DNA of 64,000 nucleotides from an uncultured Gammaproteobacteria bacterium (lineage in GTDB: Bacteria > Patescibacteriota > Patescibacteriia > XYB2-FULL-38-15). The stretch covers positions 50,938 to 114,937 of the forward strand of contig OZ246416.1 in the NCBI GenBank assembly GCA_965231095.1, read 5' to 3'. The position numbers and the translations under genes are program-made. The notes under the pieces are model-generated. The model saw only the letters and a list, made by a program, of their open reading frames with translations. It was not told the DNA's origin and made no database searches. Shown here piece after piece: positions 51,070 through 60,833 of this stretch; within the stretch, counting starts at the first letter, position 1, and the number at the start of each line of letters is the position of its first letter.

Positions 51070-51398
51070 TGTAGGGTAATGGGGAGTCCTGTTTGGTTGA
51101 TGCCGGCAGCGCACCGGCGTCGTGGGCAGTCATTTTTTGCTTCACTCTGAATCCGGAACCCTTGGCTGGTGAACAGCGCGTTGTAGCGCGGCTGGCCTTG
51201 TGGCGAAGGACCCACGGAGTGGCCCGACAGGAACCCGGTTCGCGAGCTGCCCGTTAAGCAGACGTGGGCTGAAATCTCCCCAGCGCATCTGATCCTCCAA
51301 GTCCGCTTCGGCGGGCACGGAGGTCACCATTCTTTGCACACCGCTGCATTTCGCGTTGTGCCCGTCGGTCGAACACCCTGTTCGACCGACTCTTTTTT
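51070..51398 (+). ncRNA. Putative ~330-nt structured non-coding RNA of unknown class
   Basis: Own promoter, multiple nested helices, UUCG tetraloop, 12-bp terminator, no plus-strand ORF of 60 aa or more. Confidence 0.6.
51364..51398 (+). terminator. Intrinsic terminator
   Basis: GTCGGTCGAACA-CCC-TGTTCGACCGAC-TCTTTTTT. Confidence 0.88.
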
Positions 51399-51431
51399 AT
51401 ATAAAAAACCGGCCTTGCGGCCGGAGGGAAC

Positions 51432-51484
51432 GGAGTCCCGACTTTAGTCGGGTTATACATTGCCCACCCTGAAGAGTGGACTCC
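51432..51484. repeat. REP-like palindromic element (GGAGTCC...GGACTCC)
   Basis: Terminal IR with internal CCCGAC-TTTA-GTCGGG hairpin; related to CCCGCCTAAAGGCGGGACTCC at 29271-29291. Confidence 0.55.
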
Positions 51485-51489
51485 AAAAT

Positions 51490-52530
51490 TTAGTTTATAT
51501 CTTTTTTCAATACCTCAATAATTCCGTCCAATTCGCCGTCCATTACGTTATTAATATTGTGCCAACTTTCTTTTACCCGATGATCGGAAACGCGGTCTTG
51601 GGGAAAATTGTAAGTTCTGATTTTTTCCGCGCGCATGGCCGAACCGATTTGCGAACGCCGCGACGCAACTTCTGCCGCCTGGCGTTTTTCTTGTTCCATG
51701 GCAAAAAGACGGGCGCGCAAAACCTGCATGGCTTTTTCCCGGTTTTGCTGCTGCGATCGTTCGTCTTGGCAGGCGACAACAAGCCCGGTTGGAAGATGCG
51801 TAATTCTTACGGCCGAATATGTTGTTTGCACGCTTTGTCCGCCGTGGCCGCCGGATAAAAATGTATCAATGCGCAAATCCTTTGGTTCAATTTTTATATC
51901 AATTTCTTCGGCTTCGGGAAGTACGGCGACCGAGGCGGTTGAGGTATGAACCCGTCCGCTTTTTTCCGTGTCCGGAACGCGCTGAACGCGGTGCACGCCG
52001 CTTTCAAATTTTAAATTTCCCCAGGCGCCTTTTCCAATGACGGAAAAAATAATTTCTTTAAAACCGCCGAGGTCAGTGCGGCTTGAGGATATTAATCTTG
52101 TCTGCCAACCTTTCCATTCGGCAAACATGGAATACATTCTGAATAATTGCGCGGCAAAAAGCGCGGCCTCGTCTCCGCCCGCGCCGGCCCGGATTTCCAC
52201 AATAATATTTCTTTTGTCCAGCGGATCTTTTGGCGTCAGCTCTTCTTTGATTTCTATTTCAAGCGCTGCCTTATCTTGCCGAATTTTTTCCAACTCATCT
52301 TTCGCGATGGCGACCAGTTCCGGAACATTTTGTTTTGCGACTGTTTCTGTGTCGGCTTCTTCTTTTTCCCATTTATGAAATTTTTTTATTTTTTCCATCA
52401 CGTCTTTTATCTCGCTGTATTCACGGGAAACGGTTTTTAATTTTTCCGGATTAGAAACCACCTCGGGGCGGGCAAGTTCCGCTTCGAGTTCGGCAAAACG
52501 TTTTTCAGCTTTTTGGATTTCCGGGAGCAT
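51490..52530 (-). CDS. prfA: Peptide chain release factor 1
   Basis: [11 protein letters not shown] (PxT), GGQ, RTYNFPQ.R. Confidence 0.96.
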   Translation of the reverse strand: MLPEIQKAEKRFAELEAELARPEVVSNPEKLKTVSREYSEIKDVMEKIKKFHKWEKEEADTETVAKQNVPELVAIAKDELEKIRQDKAALEIEIKEELTPKDPLDKRNIIVEIRAGAGGDEAALFAAQLFRMYSMFAEWKGWQTRLISSSRTDLGGFKEIIFSVIGKGAWGNLKFESGVHRVQRVPDTEKSGRVHTSTASVAVLPEAEEIDIKIEPKDLRIDTFLSGGHGGQSVQTTYSAVRITHLPTGLVVACQDERSQQQNREKAMQVLRARLFAMEQEKRQAAEVASRRSQIGSAMRAEKIRTYNFPQDRVSDHRVKESWHNINNVMDGELDGIIEVLKKDIN

Positions 52531-52605
52531 AATTTAAATATTAGTTTATTCTAACATAAAAACATGATAACAAAAACGTCACCATGTTTTTTATGATTGG
52601 AATAG

Positions 52606-52863
52606 CTACTTTGTTTTTTTCGCTCTCGGTTTCTTTTCTTTTTTTGTTGCCGCCATAGACGCCTTCTTTTCCATTTTTTCTTTGAATTTTTCCACGCGTC
52701 TGGCCGAATCAACTAATTTCTGTTTGCCGGTGTAGAACGGATGGCAGGCAGAACACAACTCAACCTTTATTTCTTTTAAGGTTGAGCCGACGGTAAAAGC
52801 GTTGCCGCAGGCGCAAGTCACTTTTGCTTTTGGATAATATTCTGGGTGAATTTCTTTTTTCAT
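52606..52863 (-). CDS. rpmE: 50S ribosomal protein L31 (zinc-binding type)
   Basis: [23 protein letters not shown]. Confidence 0.97.
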   Translation of the reverse strand: MKKEIHPEYYPKAKVTCACGNAFTVGSTLKEIKVELCSACHPFYTGKQKLVDSARRVEKFKEKMEKKASMAATKKEKKPRAKKTK

Positions 52864-52987
52864 AAAATAGATTATTTATTTACATTAATCTTAATTTAAC
52901 ATAAGGCCGTGAGTTTGGCAAGGGGTTGACAAAATTACGGGGTGGAGTAATAAGATGAGTAGGGGTTGCCACAAAAGGAGGTGTTCT

Positions 52988-53224
52988 ATGGCAAGAAGAA
53001 GTTGGAGTTTCGAGCATCGGGGTACGGAAGGCGTCATCAAGACGCCTGACGGGGAGCACGTCGTCCATTCCAAAGAGGAGGCCAAGCGGCACTTGCAAGA
53101 GGGTGCACACCTGAAATATATCAGCTCTTCGATTGCCGGCCCTACCCTCGCGGAGCGGGACGAGGCCAGGGAATGGAGAGAGGCGGTGAGGCAGGTCAAT
53201 GAGTCCAGCCTTCCCGACAAGTAG
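52988..53224 (+). CDS. Small orphan protein in a GC-rich cassette
   Basis: 78 aa; AAGGAGGT SD; TTGACA at 52926; terminator 53243-53291. Confidence 0.7.
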   Translation: MARRSWSFEHRGTEGVIKTPDGEHVVHSKEEAKRHLQEGAHLKYISSSIAGPTLAERDEAREWREAVRQVNESSLPDK

Positions 53225-53307
53225 TCGGACATCGGTTGTGTTGGTCGGCAGGAAATCCGAGAAATCGGAGAGTACTGCCGGCCGTTTTTTTATTTTCAAA
53301 AATCTCT

Positions 53308-53387
53308 CCCCCTCCTTTCGAAGGAGGGGTTAGGGGTGGTTTTTAAAAACTCCCACCCCACCTAACCTCCCCTCGGGCAGGGGAGGA
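53308..53387. repeat. Inverted pair of CCCCTCC/GGAGGGG REP-like units
   Basis: CCCCTCCTT-TCG-AAGGAGGGG-TTAGGGGTGG followed by CCCCACCTAA-CCTCCCCT-CGGGC-AGGGGAGG. Confidence 0.75.
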
Positions 53388-53406
53388 ATATTGAGCATTT
53401 GCCCTT

Positions 53407-53473
53407 GCCCCCACACCAATTTCAGCGAGGCCATTTTTATCCGAGTTTAAAATAAAAAAATTGGTGTGGGGGC
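53407..53473. repeat. 67-bp element with 16-bp terminal IR (CACACCAAT family)
   Basis: GCCCCCACACCAATTT / AAATTGGTGTGGGGGC. Confidence 0.75.
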
Positions 53474-53529
53474 TTGCATTATTTTTGCTTTTGTGTAAAA
53501 ATAGATGAAAGTCATTTATTAATAGTAAT

Positions 53530-53607
53530 CCCACATGTTTTGCCTTTAAAACTTGTTCCTGATCCCCGCCACTGCGGGGACCCGCAAGTTTTGGCAAAAC
53601 AGAGGTT
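53530..53607 (+). promoter_or_regulatory. Probable S2 (rpsB) autoregulatory leader
   Basis: CCCACA-TGTTTTGCC...GGCAAAACA-GAGG long stem directly upstream of rpsB. Confidence 0.6.
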
Positions 53608-53621
53608 AAAAAGGAAAATTT

Positions 53622-54407
53622 ATGCCAGAGATCCCAACAATGTTGGAAATGCTCCAGGCCGGTGTTCATTTTGGACACAAGGCCTCAAAGTGGCATCCGA
53701 AAATGAAGCCGTTTATTTTTGGAGAACGGAGCGAGGTCCACATCATCAACTTAGAAGAAACGGCGAAAAAATTAAAAGAAGCGTTAGAATTTGTCAGAAA
53801 AACAACAGCCGCGGGCGGAGTTGTTCTTTTTGTCGGTTCAAAAGAGCAAGCCAAAGAAATTGTGAAGCGCCACGCAAAAGACGCCGGCATGCCTTATGTT
53901 ACGACTCGTTGGCTCGGCGGAACTTTTACAAATTTTAAAACTATCAAGAGTGTGACTGATCGGTTTACTGATTTAAAAAACAAAACAGCGACCGGCGGAC
54001 TCGCGAAGTACACCAAAAAAGAGCAGTTGAATTTCCAAAAAGAAATTGTGAAATTGGAAGAATTGGTTGGCGGCATTGAAACTTTAAAGAAATTGCCGGA
54101 AGCGATTTTTGTCGTTGACGTCAGGGCGGAAAAAACCGCGGTGGCCGAAGCGAGAAATAGAAAAGTTCCGGTGGTCGCTCTTTGCGATACAAATATTAAT
54201 CCGGAAGATGTTGATTATCCGGTTCCTTCAAACGATGACGCGGTAAAAGCGATTGAAATGATGGTGGGACTTTTCGCCGCGGTCGCGAAAGAGGGAAAAG
54301 CGGAGTTTGAATCAAAAAGAGGCGCGGCTCCGGCTGCGGAAAAACCGGCGGCTCCAACTCCAACTCCGGCTCCGGTTACGGAGGTGAAAGAGGAAGAGAA
54401 AAAATAA
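53622..54407 (+). CDS. rpsB: 30S ribosomal protein S2
   Basis: AGVHFGH, WHPKM, RWLGGTFTN, DTN..P, P.NDD. Confidence 0.98.
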   Translation: MPEIPTMLEMLQAGVHFGHKASKWHPKMKPFIFGERSEVHIINLEETAKKLKEALEFVRKTTAAGGVVLFVGSKEQAKEIVKRHAKDAGMPYVTTRWLGGTFTNFKTIKSVTDRFTDLKNKTATGGLAKYTKKEQLNFQKEIVKLEELVGGIETLKKLPEAIFVVDVRAEKTAVAEARNRKVPVVALCDTNINPEDVDYPVPSNDDAVKAIEMMVGLFAAVAKEGKAEFESKRGAAPAAEKPAAPTPTPAPVTEVKEEEKK

Positions 54408-54444
54408 TTCAATTGAAGTAATTAGTAATTGGTAATTAGTGCAG

Positions 54445-54479
54445 AACCACCCCCAACCCCCTCCTTCTAAAGGAGGGGA
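54445..54479. repeat. Third CCCCTCC/GGAGGGG REP-like unit, flanked by heptamer arrays
   Basis: AACCACCCCCAACCCCCTCCTTCTAAAGGAGGGGA, near-identical reverse complement of 53308-53342. Confidence 0.75.
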
Positions 54480-54536
54480 AAATGGTGGTTGAAATTACTC
54501 GTTGCCCGTTACGCGTTACTCGTTACTTATAAACAT

Positions 54537-55127
54537 ATGGGGGTAGATTCAAAATTAGTCATGCAACTTCGAGAACAAACCGGCGCGGGAATTGTTGAAT
54601 GTAAAAATGCCTTAGATGAGGCGGGCGGAGATATTCTAAAAGCGATTGAAGTTTTAAGAAAAAAAGGTGAAATAAAAGCGGCGAAAAAATCGGCGGAACG
54701 GACAGCCAAGGAAGGTTTAATCCATGCTTACGTCCACGCCAATGGAAAAGTCGGAGCAATGGTTGAAATAAGTTGTGAAACAGATTTTGTGGCGCGCACC
54801 GAAGAATTCCAAGCGTTGGTTCATGATATTGCCATGCAAGTCGCGGCGACGAATCCATTGTATGTAAAACCGGAAGACGTGCCGGAAGAAGTGGTTGCCA
54901 AAGAAAAAGAAATGTATCTTGAAGAAGTGCAGGGACAGGAAAAACCGCCAGCGGTCATAGAAAAAATTTTAGAGGGAAAATTGGAAAAATATTTTGAAGA
55001 CATTTGTCTTACCAAACAGCCGTTCGTGAAAGACGAAGATACTACGATTGAAGAATTGGTAAATCAAAAAATCGCCAAGATCGGAGAGAAGATTGAAATA
55101 AAAAGATTTGTAAGATTCCAAATATAA
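54537..55127 (+). CDS. tsf: Elongation factor Ts (short form)
   Basis: LREQTGAG..ECK.AL, CETDFVAR, GEKIEIKRFVRF. Confidence 0.96.
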   Translation: MGVDSKLVMQLREQTGAGIVECKNALDEAGGDILKAIEVLRKKGEIKAAKKSAERTAKEGLIHAYVHANGKVGAMVEISCETDFVARTEEFQALVHDIAMQVAATNPLYVKPEDVPEEVVAKEKEMYLEEVQGQEKPPAVIEKILEGKLEKYFEDICLTKQPFVKDEDTTIEELVNQKIAKIGEKIEIKRFVRFQI

Positions 55128-55133
55128 GCCGCT

Positions 55134-55925
55134 ATGAAAATTGTTGAAGTCCAATTCACGCCCTGGGGGAGAATTTACGATTTTGACGCCGGGGAGATTA
55201 ATTTCTCAGTGGGTGATTTTGTGGTGGTGAAAACCGATTTGGGAGTGGAGATAGGAAAGGTGGTTGGCACGAAAGAATTTAACGCGAAAGAAATTGAAGC
55301 GGCGAAAATTGAAATCAAACCGATTTTCAGAAAAGCCAGCACGGCCGACATGATAAAATTTAAAGAAAAAGAAGATCAGAAAAAAGAGGCGCTCGCGGTT
55401 TGCAAACAATTAGTTAAAAAATATAATTTGCCGATAAAATTAATTGACGCTCACTTTTCTTTTGACGGTGGGCGTCTTACTTTTGCTTTTGTGGCCGACG
55501 GGCGAGTTGATTTCCGCGACTTGGTAAAAGATTTAACCAAAAATTTTCAAAAATCAATCAGGCTTCAGCAATTGGGAATTCGTGATGAAGCGAAAATTTC
55601 CGGCGACGTCGGAGCTTGCGGCAGAAATCTTTGCTGCCAAAAATTTAAAAAAGATTTGGGAAATATTTCTTCGGATTTGGCCGATCTCCAGCAAATCGCC
55701 CATCGCGGGAGCGATCGGCTGACCGGAGTTTGTGGCCGGCTGATGTGCTGTTTGGCCTACGAGCAAAAAAATTATGAAGAAGCGGTGAAAAAACTTCCGC
55801 CGATTGGCACAAGTGTCCGGACCGACCGCGGCCGGGGAAAAATAATCGGCTGGCATACCCTAAAACAGTCAGTTGTAGTAAAATTAGATGAAGGGACGAT
55901 AATTGAGGTGCAGATAAAAAAATAA
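55134..55925 (+). CDS. PSP1-domain protein (RicT/YaaT family)
   Basis: RVDFRDLVKDL, IGIRDEAK-like, G.CGR.LCC, G.CGRLMCCL.YE. Confidence 0.92.
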   Translation: MKIVEVQFTPWGRIYDFDAGEINFSVGDFVVVKTDLGVEIGKVVGTKEFNAKEIEAAKIEIKPIFRKASTADMIKFKEKEDQKKEALAVCKQLVKKYNLPIKLIDAHFSFDGGRLTFAFVADGRVDFRDLVKDLTKNFQKSIRLQQLGIRDEAKISGDVGACGRNLCCQKFKKDLGNISSDLADLQQIAHRGSDRLTGVCGRLMCCLAYEQKNYEEAVKKLPPIGTSVRTDRGRGKIIGWHTLKQSVVVKLDEGTIIEVQIKK

Positions 55926-56000
55926 GAGAATAGTTTCGTTTCGTGATTTTAATAGATTTTAATATTATATTTTGAAGACATAACCTGTTTTCAAAAATAG

Positions 56001-57020
<1,020 letters not shown>

Positions 57021-57054
57021 GATTTTTGATTTAAGATTTTAGATTAAAATATAG

Positions 57055-57086
57055 AGCCAGCCCCGCCATGGCGGGGCTGGCTTTTA
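57055..57086 (+). terminator. Perfect 28-bp palindrome acting as a probable terminator
   Basis: AGCCAGCCCCGCCA|TGGCGGGGCTGGCT followed by TTT. Confidence 0.75.
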
Positions 57087-57139
57087 TTTATAATGCCTTC
57101 ATGTTAAAATGTTATAATGATTAAATGTTTTAATAGGGT

Positions 57140-57754
57140 ATGTTTTATCGCGCGATGAGAATTATTTTTTGGTTGGCCTTTTGCGTGGCTTTGGCGGCGG
57201 CGGCGTTTTATGGCTGGCAAGGAAATATTTTTTTGTTAAATAGTTTTGTTCTGGGAGCCTTGGCCTTACTTTTCCTTTATTTTTTACAAAAATCGGCGTT
57301 CGTTAGAAAATATTATAATGATAATTTTGGGGATACTTTGCTCGGGCTTGGCGGTTTGATTTTTTTAACAACCTCGCTTGGCACTTTTTATTTTTATCAT
57401 TACATAAAATTTTTTGAATACGATTTAATCGCCCACACGGTTATTCCGGCTTCTTTTGTAATTATGGGGGCGATGGCGTACGAAATCTTAAAAATAAAAA
57501 ATGGCGCGCCGAAAAAAATTGAAGCAATTTTGATCAGCGGAATTTTGGTTTTGTTGTTATCATTTTTTTGGGAACTTTTTCAGGAGCAGGGGGATATTTG
57601 GTGGGGGACGCGGATGTTTTTTGATTCCAACCAGCCGATCGCCGTTGACGTGGCAAATGATTTAGCGGCTGATACCTTTGGAGTTTTTGTCGGTTGTGTT
57701 TTGATTTTTAAAAATTGGGAGGGGTGGAATAAAAAGTGGCTCAAAAATAGTTAG
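57140..57754 (+). CDS. Multi-pass membrane protein (D..H...WE..D motif)
   Basis: About six TM segments; YDLIAH, FWELFQ, D..NDL.AD. Confidence 0.78.
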   Translation: MFYRAMRIIFWLAFCVALAAAAFYGWQGNIFLLNSFVLGALALLFLYFLQKSAFVRKYYNDNFGDTLLGLGGLIFLTTSLGTFYFYHYIKFFEYDLIAHTVIPASFVIMGAMAYEILKIKNGAPKKIEAILISGILVLLLSFFWELFQEQGDIWWGTRMFFDSNQPIAVDVANDLAADTFGVFVGCVLIFKNWEGWNKKWLKNS

Positions 57755-57847
57755 CGGGCGACGGTCAACAGTTAACAGTAATAAATATAGAGCGGGTTTT
57801 ATGCCCGCCTTTTTTGTGTTATAATGTTTTAATGTTAAAACGATTTT

Positions 57848-58813
57848 ATGACTCATAGCGAGTTGCAAAAATTTGTCGGATTTTTGATGAAGCGCGGTTA
57901 TATTGTGTGGGCGCCGGAAAAACGGCCGGAGGAAGTGGTCTACGCGAAAGTGGAAGACGCTACAAAAGTGAAATTGATTTCCGAGCCGCCGCTGCATTCG
58001 TTCAAGAGATTTTTAGTTCCGCCCGAGGAAACGCTTTTTGAATATAAAAAAGATAAAATGAGTGAAGCGCGGGAGAAGGGAGGGCAGGTAATTTTTGGTA
58101 TTAATCCGGTGGATTTAAAAGCGGTGGTAATGCTGAATCAAATTTTTGAGCGCGATCCGTGGTACCAAGAAAGAATGCGGCGGACGTTAATTATCGGCCA
58201 GAGTTTGATTCCGGAAGATGCCGAGCAAAATCTTTTCCAAATTAAATACGAAGAAGATATTTTGGAACATTTGCAATTTGATATTTTTTTGGAGGTGCAG
58301 AAAAATAAATATTTTGTTTTTACCGGTTCGGAAGAAGGGCAGAAAATTTTGGAAAAATTCGGGTACAAAGATTATGAGCATGTTGCCTACGCCGGCCCGA
58401 TTAAAGAAAGTGGGTTGGATCCCATGATGGTGAAATATCGCGACGCACTCCGGAAAAATTATAAAAAAGAAATTTGGGAGGAAGATGTTGGCGCGCGTTG
58501 CATTGAATGCGGGAAATGTACTTTAATTTGTCCGACTTGTTTTTGTTTTGATATGAAAGATCAGCCGGATCTCGTGGGCGACGGGGGAACGAGAAAACGG
58601 ACGTGGGGCGCCTGTTTTTATAATGATTTCTCAGAAGTCGCTGGCGGACATAAATTTTTGAAGACGACGGCGGAGAGAATTCATTTTTGGTATTATCATA
58701 AATTTGTTCGGATTCCCGACCAGATTCAGATTATGGGTTGCGTCGGCTGCGGGCGATGCGCGAAAGTTTGCCCCGTGAATATTAATATTTTTAAAGTGCT
58801 GGCGGCGTTATGA
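57848..58813 (+). CDS. Group 3b-type hydrogenase beta subunit (4Fe-4S dicluster, AsrA/HydB-like)
   Basis: CIECGKCTLICPTCFC and CVGCGRCAKVCP. Confidence 0.9.
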   Translation: MTHSELQKFVGFLMKRGYIVWAPEKRPEEVVYAKVEDATKVKLISEPPLHSFKRFLVPPEETLFEYKKDKMSEAREKGGQVIFGINPVDLKAVVMLNQIFERDPWYQERMRRTLIIGQSLIPEDAEQNLFQIKYEEDILEHLQFDIFLEVQKNKYFVFTGSEEGQKILEKFGYKDYEHVAYAGPIKESGLDPMMVKYRDALRKNYKKEIWEEDVGARCIECGKCTLICPTCFCFDMKDQPDLVGDGGTRKRTWGACFYNDFSEVAGGHKFLKTTAERIHFWYYHKFVRIPDQIQIMGCVGCGRCAKVCPVNINIFKVLAAL

Positions 58814-59622
58814 AAAATCCATATCAAACAGAGTCCGTAAAAATTTTAAAGATTGAGGACGAAGGTTCGCGTTCTCGGCTTTTTACGCTCGCCGCGCCGC
58901 GCGGATTTAAGGTTAAAAGTGGACAGTTCGTGGAAATTTCTTTGCCGGGATTTGGCGAGGCGCCGATTTCACTTTGTTCTGATCCGTTGGAAAAAAATAA
59001 ATTTGAATTGTGCGTCCGAAAAGCGGGAATGGTGACGGGCGCTCTGCACAAAATGAAAGTTGGCGACAAAGTCGGAGTGCGCGGCCCGTACGGCCGGCCG
59101 TTTCCGGTGGAACTTGGAAAAAAAAGAAATTTACTTTTGGTGGCCGGCGGATTGGGTTTGGAACCATTACGTCCAGCGATTTGGGAAATTATGAAAAACC
59201 GCGAGCAGTTTCAAAAAGTCCAAATTTTTTACGGCGCTTGCGACGAGAATGATTTGCTTTTTGCGAAAAATTACGACGAGTGGAAGAAAAAAATTGATTT
59301 ACATATTACCCTTGATAAACCAAGGGGCGGCAAAACTCCGGTGGCTTGCGGCACGGGCGTTGTCACCACACTTTTTGATCACGTAAAACTTTATAAAAAA
59401 CCGGTGGCGTTTTTGTGCGGTCCGCCCGTGATGTATAGATTTGTCATTAAAAAATTAAAAGAATTAAATTTTGAAGATAGCGATATATATTTATCGCTCG
59501 AGCGGCGGATGCATTGCGGCATCGGCGTTTGTAATCACTGCGCCGTCGGGAGTTTTTTTGTCTGCCAGGACGGTCCGGTTTTTTCTTGGGCGGAATTGAA
59601 AGATATTCGCGGCGCGATATAA
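58810..59622 (+). CDS. Group 3b-type hydrogenase gamma subunit (FAD/NAD(P)-binding, 2Fe-2S)
   Basis: GEAPIS, RGPYG, AGGLG, CGPP.M, MHCGIGVCNHC, C.DGPVF. Confidence 0.9.
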   Translation: MKNPYQTESVKILKIEDEGSRSRLFTLAAPRGFKVKSGQFVEISLPGFGEAPISLCSDPLEKNKFELCVRKAGMVTGALHKMKVGDKVGVRGPYGRPFPVELGKKRNLLLVAGGLGLEPLRPAIWEIMKNREQFQKVQIFYGACDENDLLFAKNYDEWKKKIDLHITLDKPRGGKTPVACGTGVVTTLFDHVKLYKKPVAFLCGPPVMYRFVIKKLKELNFEDSDIYLSLERRMHCGIGVCNHCAVGSFFVCQDGPVFSWAELKDIRGAI

Positions 59623-59624
59623 AC

Positions 59625-59665
59625 CTGACAATTAACAGTTGACAATTAACAATTAACAGTTGACT
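59625..59665. repeat. Heptamer array (A/G)TT(A/G)ACA, left arm
   Basis: CTGACA ATTAACA GTTGACA ATTAACA ATTAACA GTTGACT. Confidence 0.8.
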
Positions 59666-60565
59666 ATGAAAAATAAAGGATATTTTTTGGTTTTAGGAAC
59701 GGCGATAATTTCCGGCGTTTCTATTTTTGTAAATCAGTTTGGCGTTAAAGTTATCAATTCGGATATTTTTACCGGTTTGAAAAATATAGTGGTGGCCGTA
59801 ATTTTGTTGTGTCTTATTTTTTGGTTTAAAGAATGGAAGTTATTGGCAAAATTAAAAATCAAGGAATGGCTGACTTTGGTTTTAATCGGTTTGGTCGGCG
59901 GCAGCATTCCGTTTTTACTTTTCTTCAAGGGCCTGGCCGCGACAAGCGGAGCGAGCACGTCTTTTATTCATAAAACTTTATTTATTTATGTAATAATTTT
60001 GGCGGCGCTGTTTTTGAAAGAAAAAATAAGTAAAAATTTAGCGATCGGCGCGGCCTTGCTTTTGCTCGGCAATGTGGCGCTCTTGAAAATTTTTAATGGA
60101 TTTCAATTCGGTTATGGCGAGTTATTGGTTTTGTTTGCTACGCTGTTTTGGGCGGCGGAACAAATTATTTCTAAGCGGGCGCTTCAAGATATTTCTCCGA
60201 AAATTGTCGCTTGGGGCAGAATGTTTTTCGGATTTTTATTTATTTTTATTTTTTGGGCGGCGACGGGTCAGTTGAAATTGCTGGGCGGGGTGGGAGCGGC
60301 GGAATTAAGTTGGGTTTGGATTACAGCCGTTTTTCTTTTAGGCTATGTTTTAACTTGGTATTCTGGCTTGAAATATATAAAAGTTTCAACCGCGGCGTGT
60401 ATTTTATCTTTAGGCGCGCCAATTACCAGCTTGCTTGAAATGGCGCAAAAAGGAATTTTTGATTGGCAGATTTTTCTCGGGAGTTTGTTGATGTTTGCGG
60501 GAGTAATTTTAGCGGTAGATTTATTTTCACGGATTAAAATGGCGGCAACAAACGCGATCCGTTAA
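59666..60565 (+). CDS. EamA/DMT family transporter
   Basis: About ten TM segments in two repeats; A.LFLKEK motif. Confidence 0.88.
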   Translation: MKNKGYFLVLGTAIISGVSIFVNQFGVKVINSDIFTGLKNIVVAVILLCLIFWFKEWKLLAKLKIKEWLTLVLIGLVGGSIPFLLFFKGLAATSGASTSFIHKTLFIYVIILAALFLKEKISKNLAIGAALLLLGNVALLKIFNGFQFGYGELLVLFATLFWAAEQIISKRALQDISPKIVAWGRMFFGFLFIFIFWAATGQLKLLGGVGAAELSWVWITAVFLLGYVLTWYSGLKYIKVSTAACILSLGAPITSLLEMAQKGIFDWQIFLGSLLMFAGVILAVDLFSRIKMAATNAIR

Positions 60566-60595
60566 CTGTCAACTGTTAATTGTTAACTGTTTATT
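60561..60595. repeat. Heptamer array, inverted right arm
   Basis: GTTAACT GTCAACT GTTAATT GTTAACT GTTTATT. Confidence 0.8.
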
Positions 60596-60599
60596 TACC

Positions 60600-60833
60600 A
60601 TGTGTTTTGGTGTCCCTTGTAAAATTGAAAAAGTAAATAAAAATAAAGCCACCATAAAAAATGGCGGCAAAGTTTTTGATATAGACACCTCGCTCTTGCC
60701 AAAAATAAAAAAAAATGATTGGATATTGGTGCAGGGCAATATTGGAATGAAGCAAATATCGGAGGATGAAGCAAAAAGTTGCCTTGCCGTTTTGGACGAA
60801 TTCCAAAGTAAAGAGGGGAAGGGAGGACTGTGA
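60600..60833 (+). CDS. hypC: HypC/HupF-like hydrogenase maturation chaperone
   Basis: MCFGVPCKI N-terminus, DWILV, ISEDEAK; 77 aa. Confidence 0.85.
   Translation: MCFGVPCKIEKVNKNKATIKNGGKVFDIDTSLLPKIKKNDWILVQGNIGMKQISEDEAKSCLAVLDEFQSKEGKGGL

Noticed and set aside
51070-51398. RNase P RNA, tmRNA, 6S RNA or self-splicing intron as the identity of the structured tract
   Set aside because: No GAGGAAAGUCC/P4, no tRNA-like ends or tag frame, not a single long hairpin, and no group I P7 or group II domain V motif found on either strand.
50939-51460. Minus-strand 65-68 aa ORFs across the putative ncRNA
   Set aside because: No convincing SD, and they oppose the promoter/terminator polarity; translation cannot be fully excluded.
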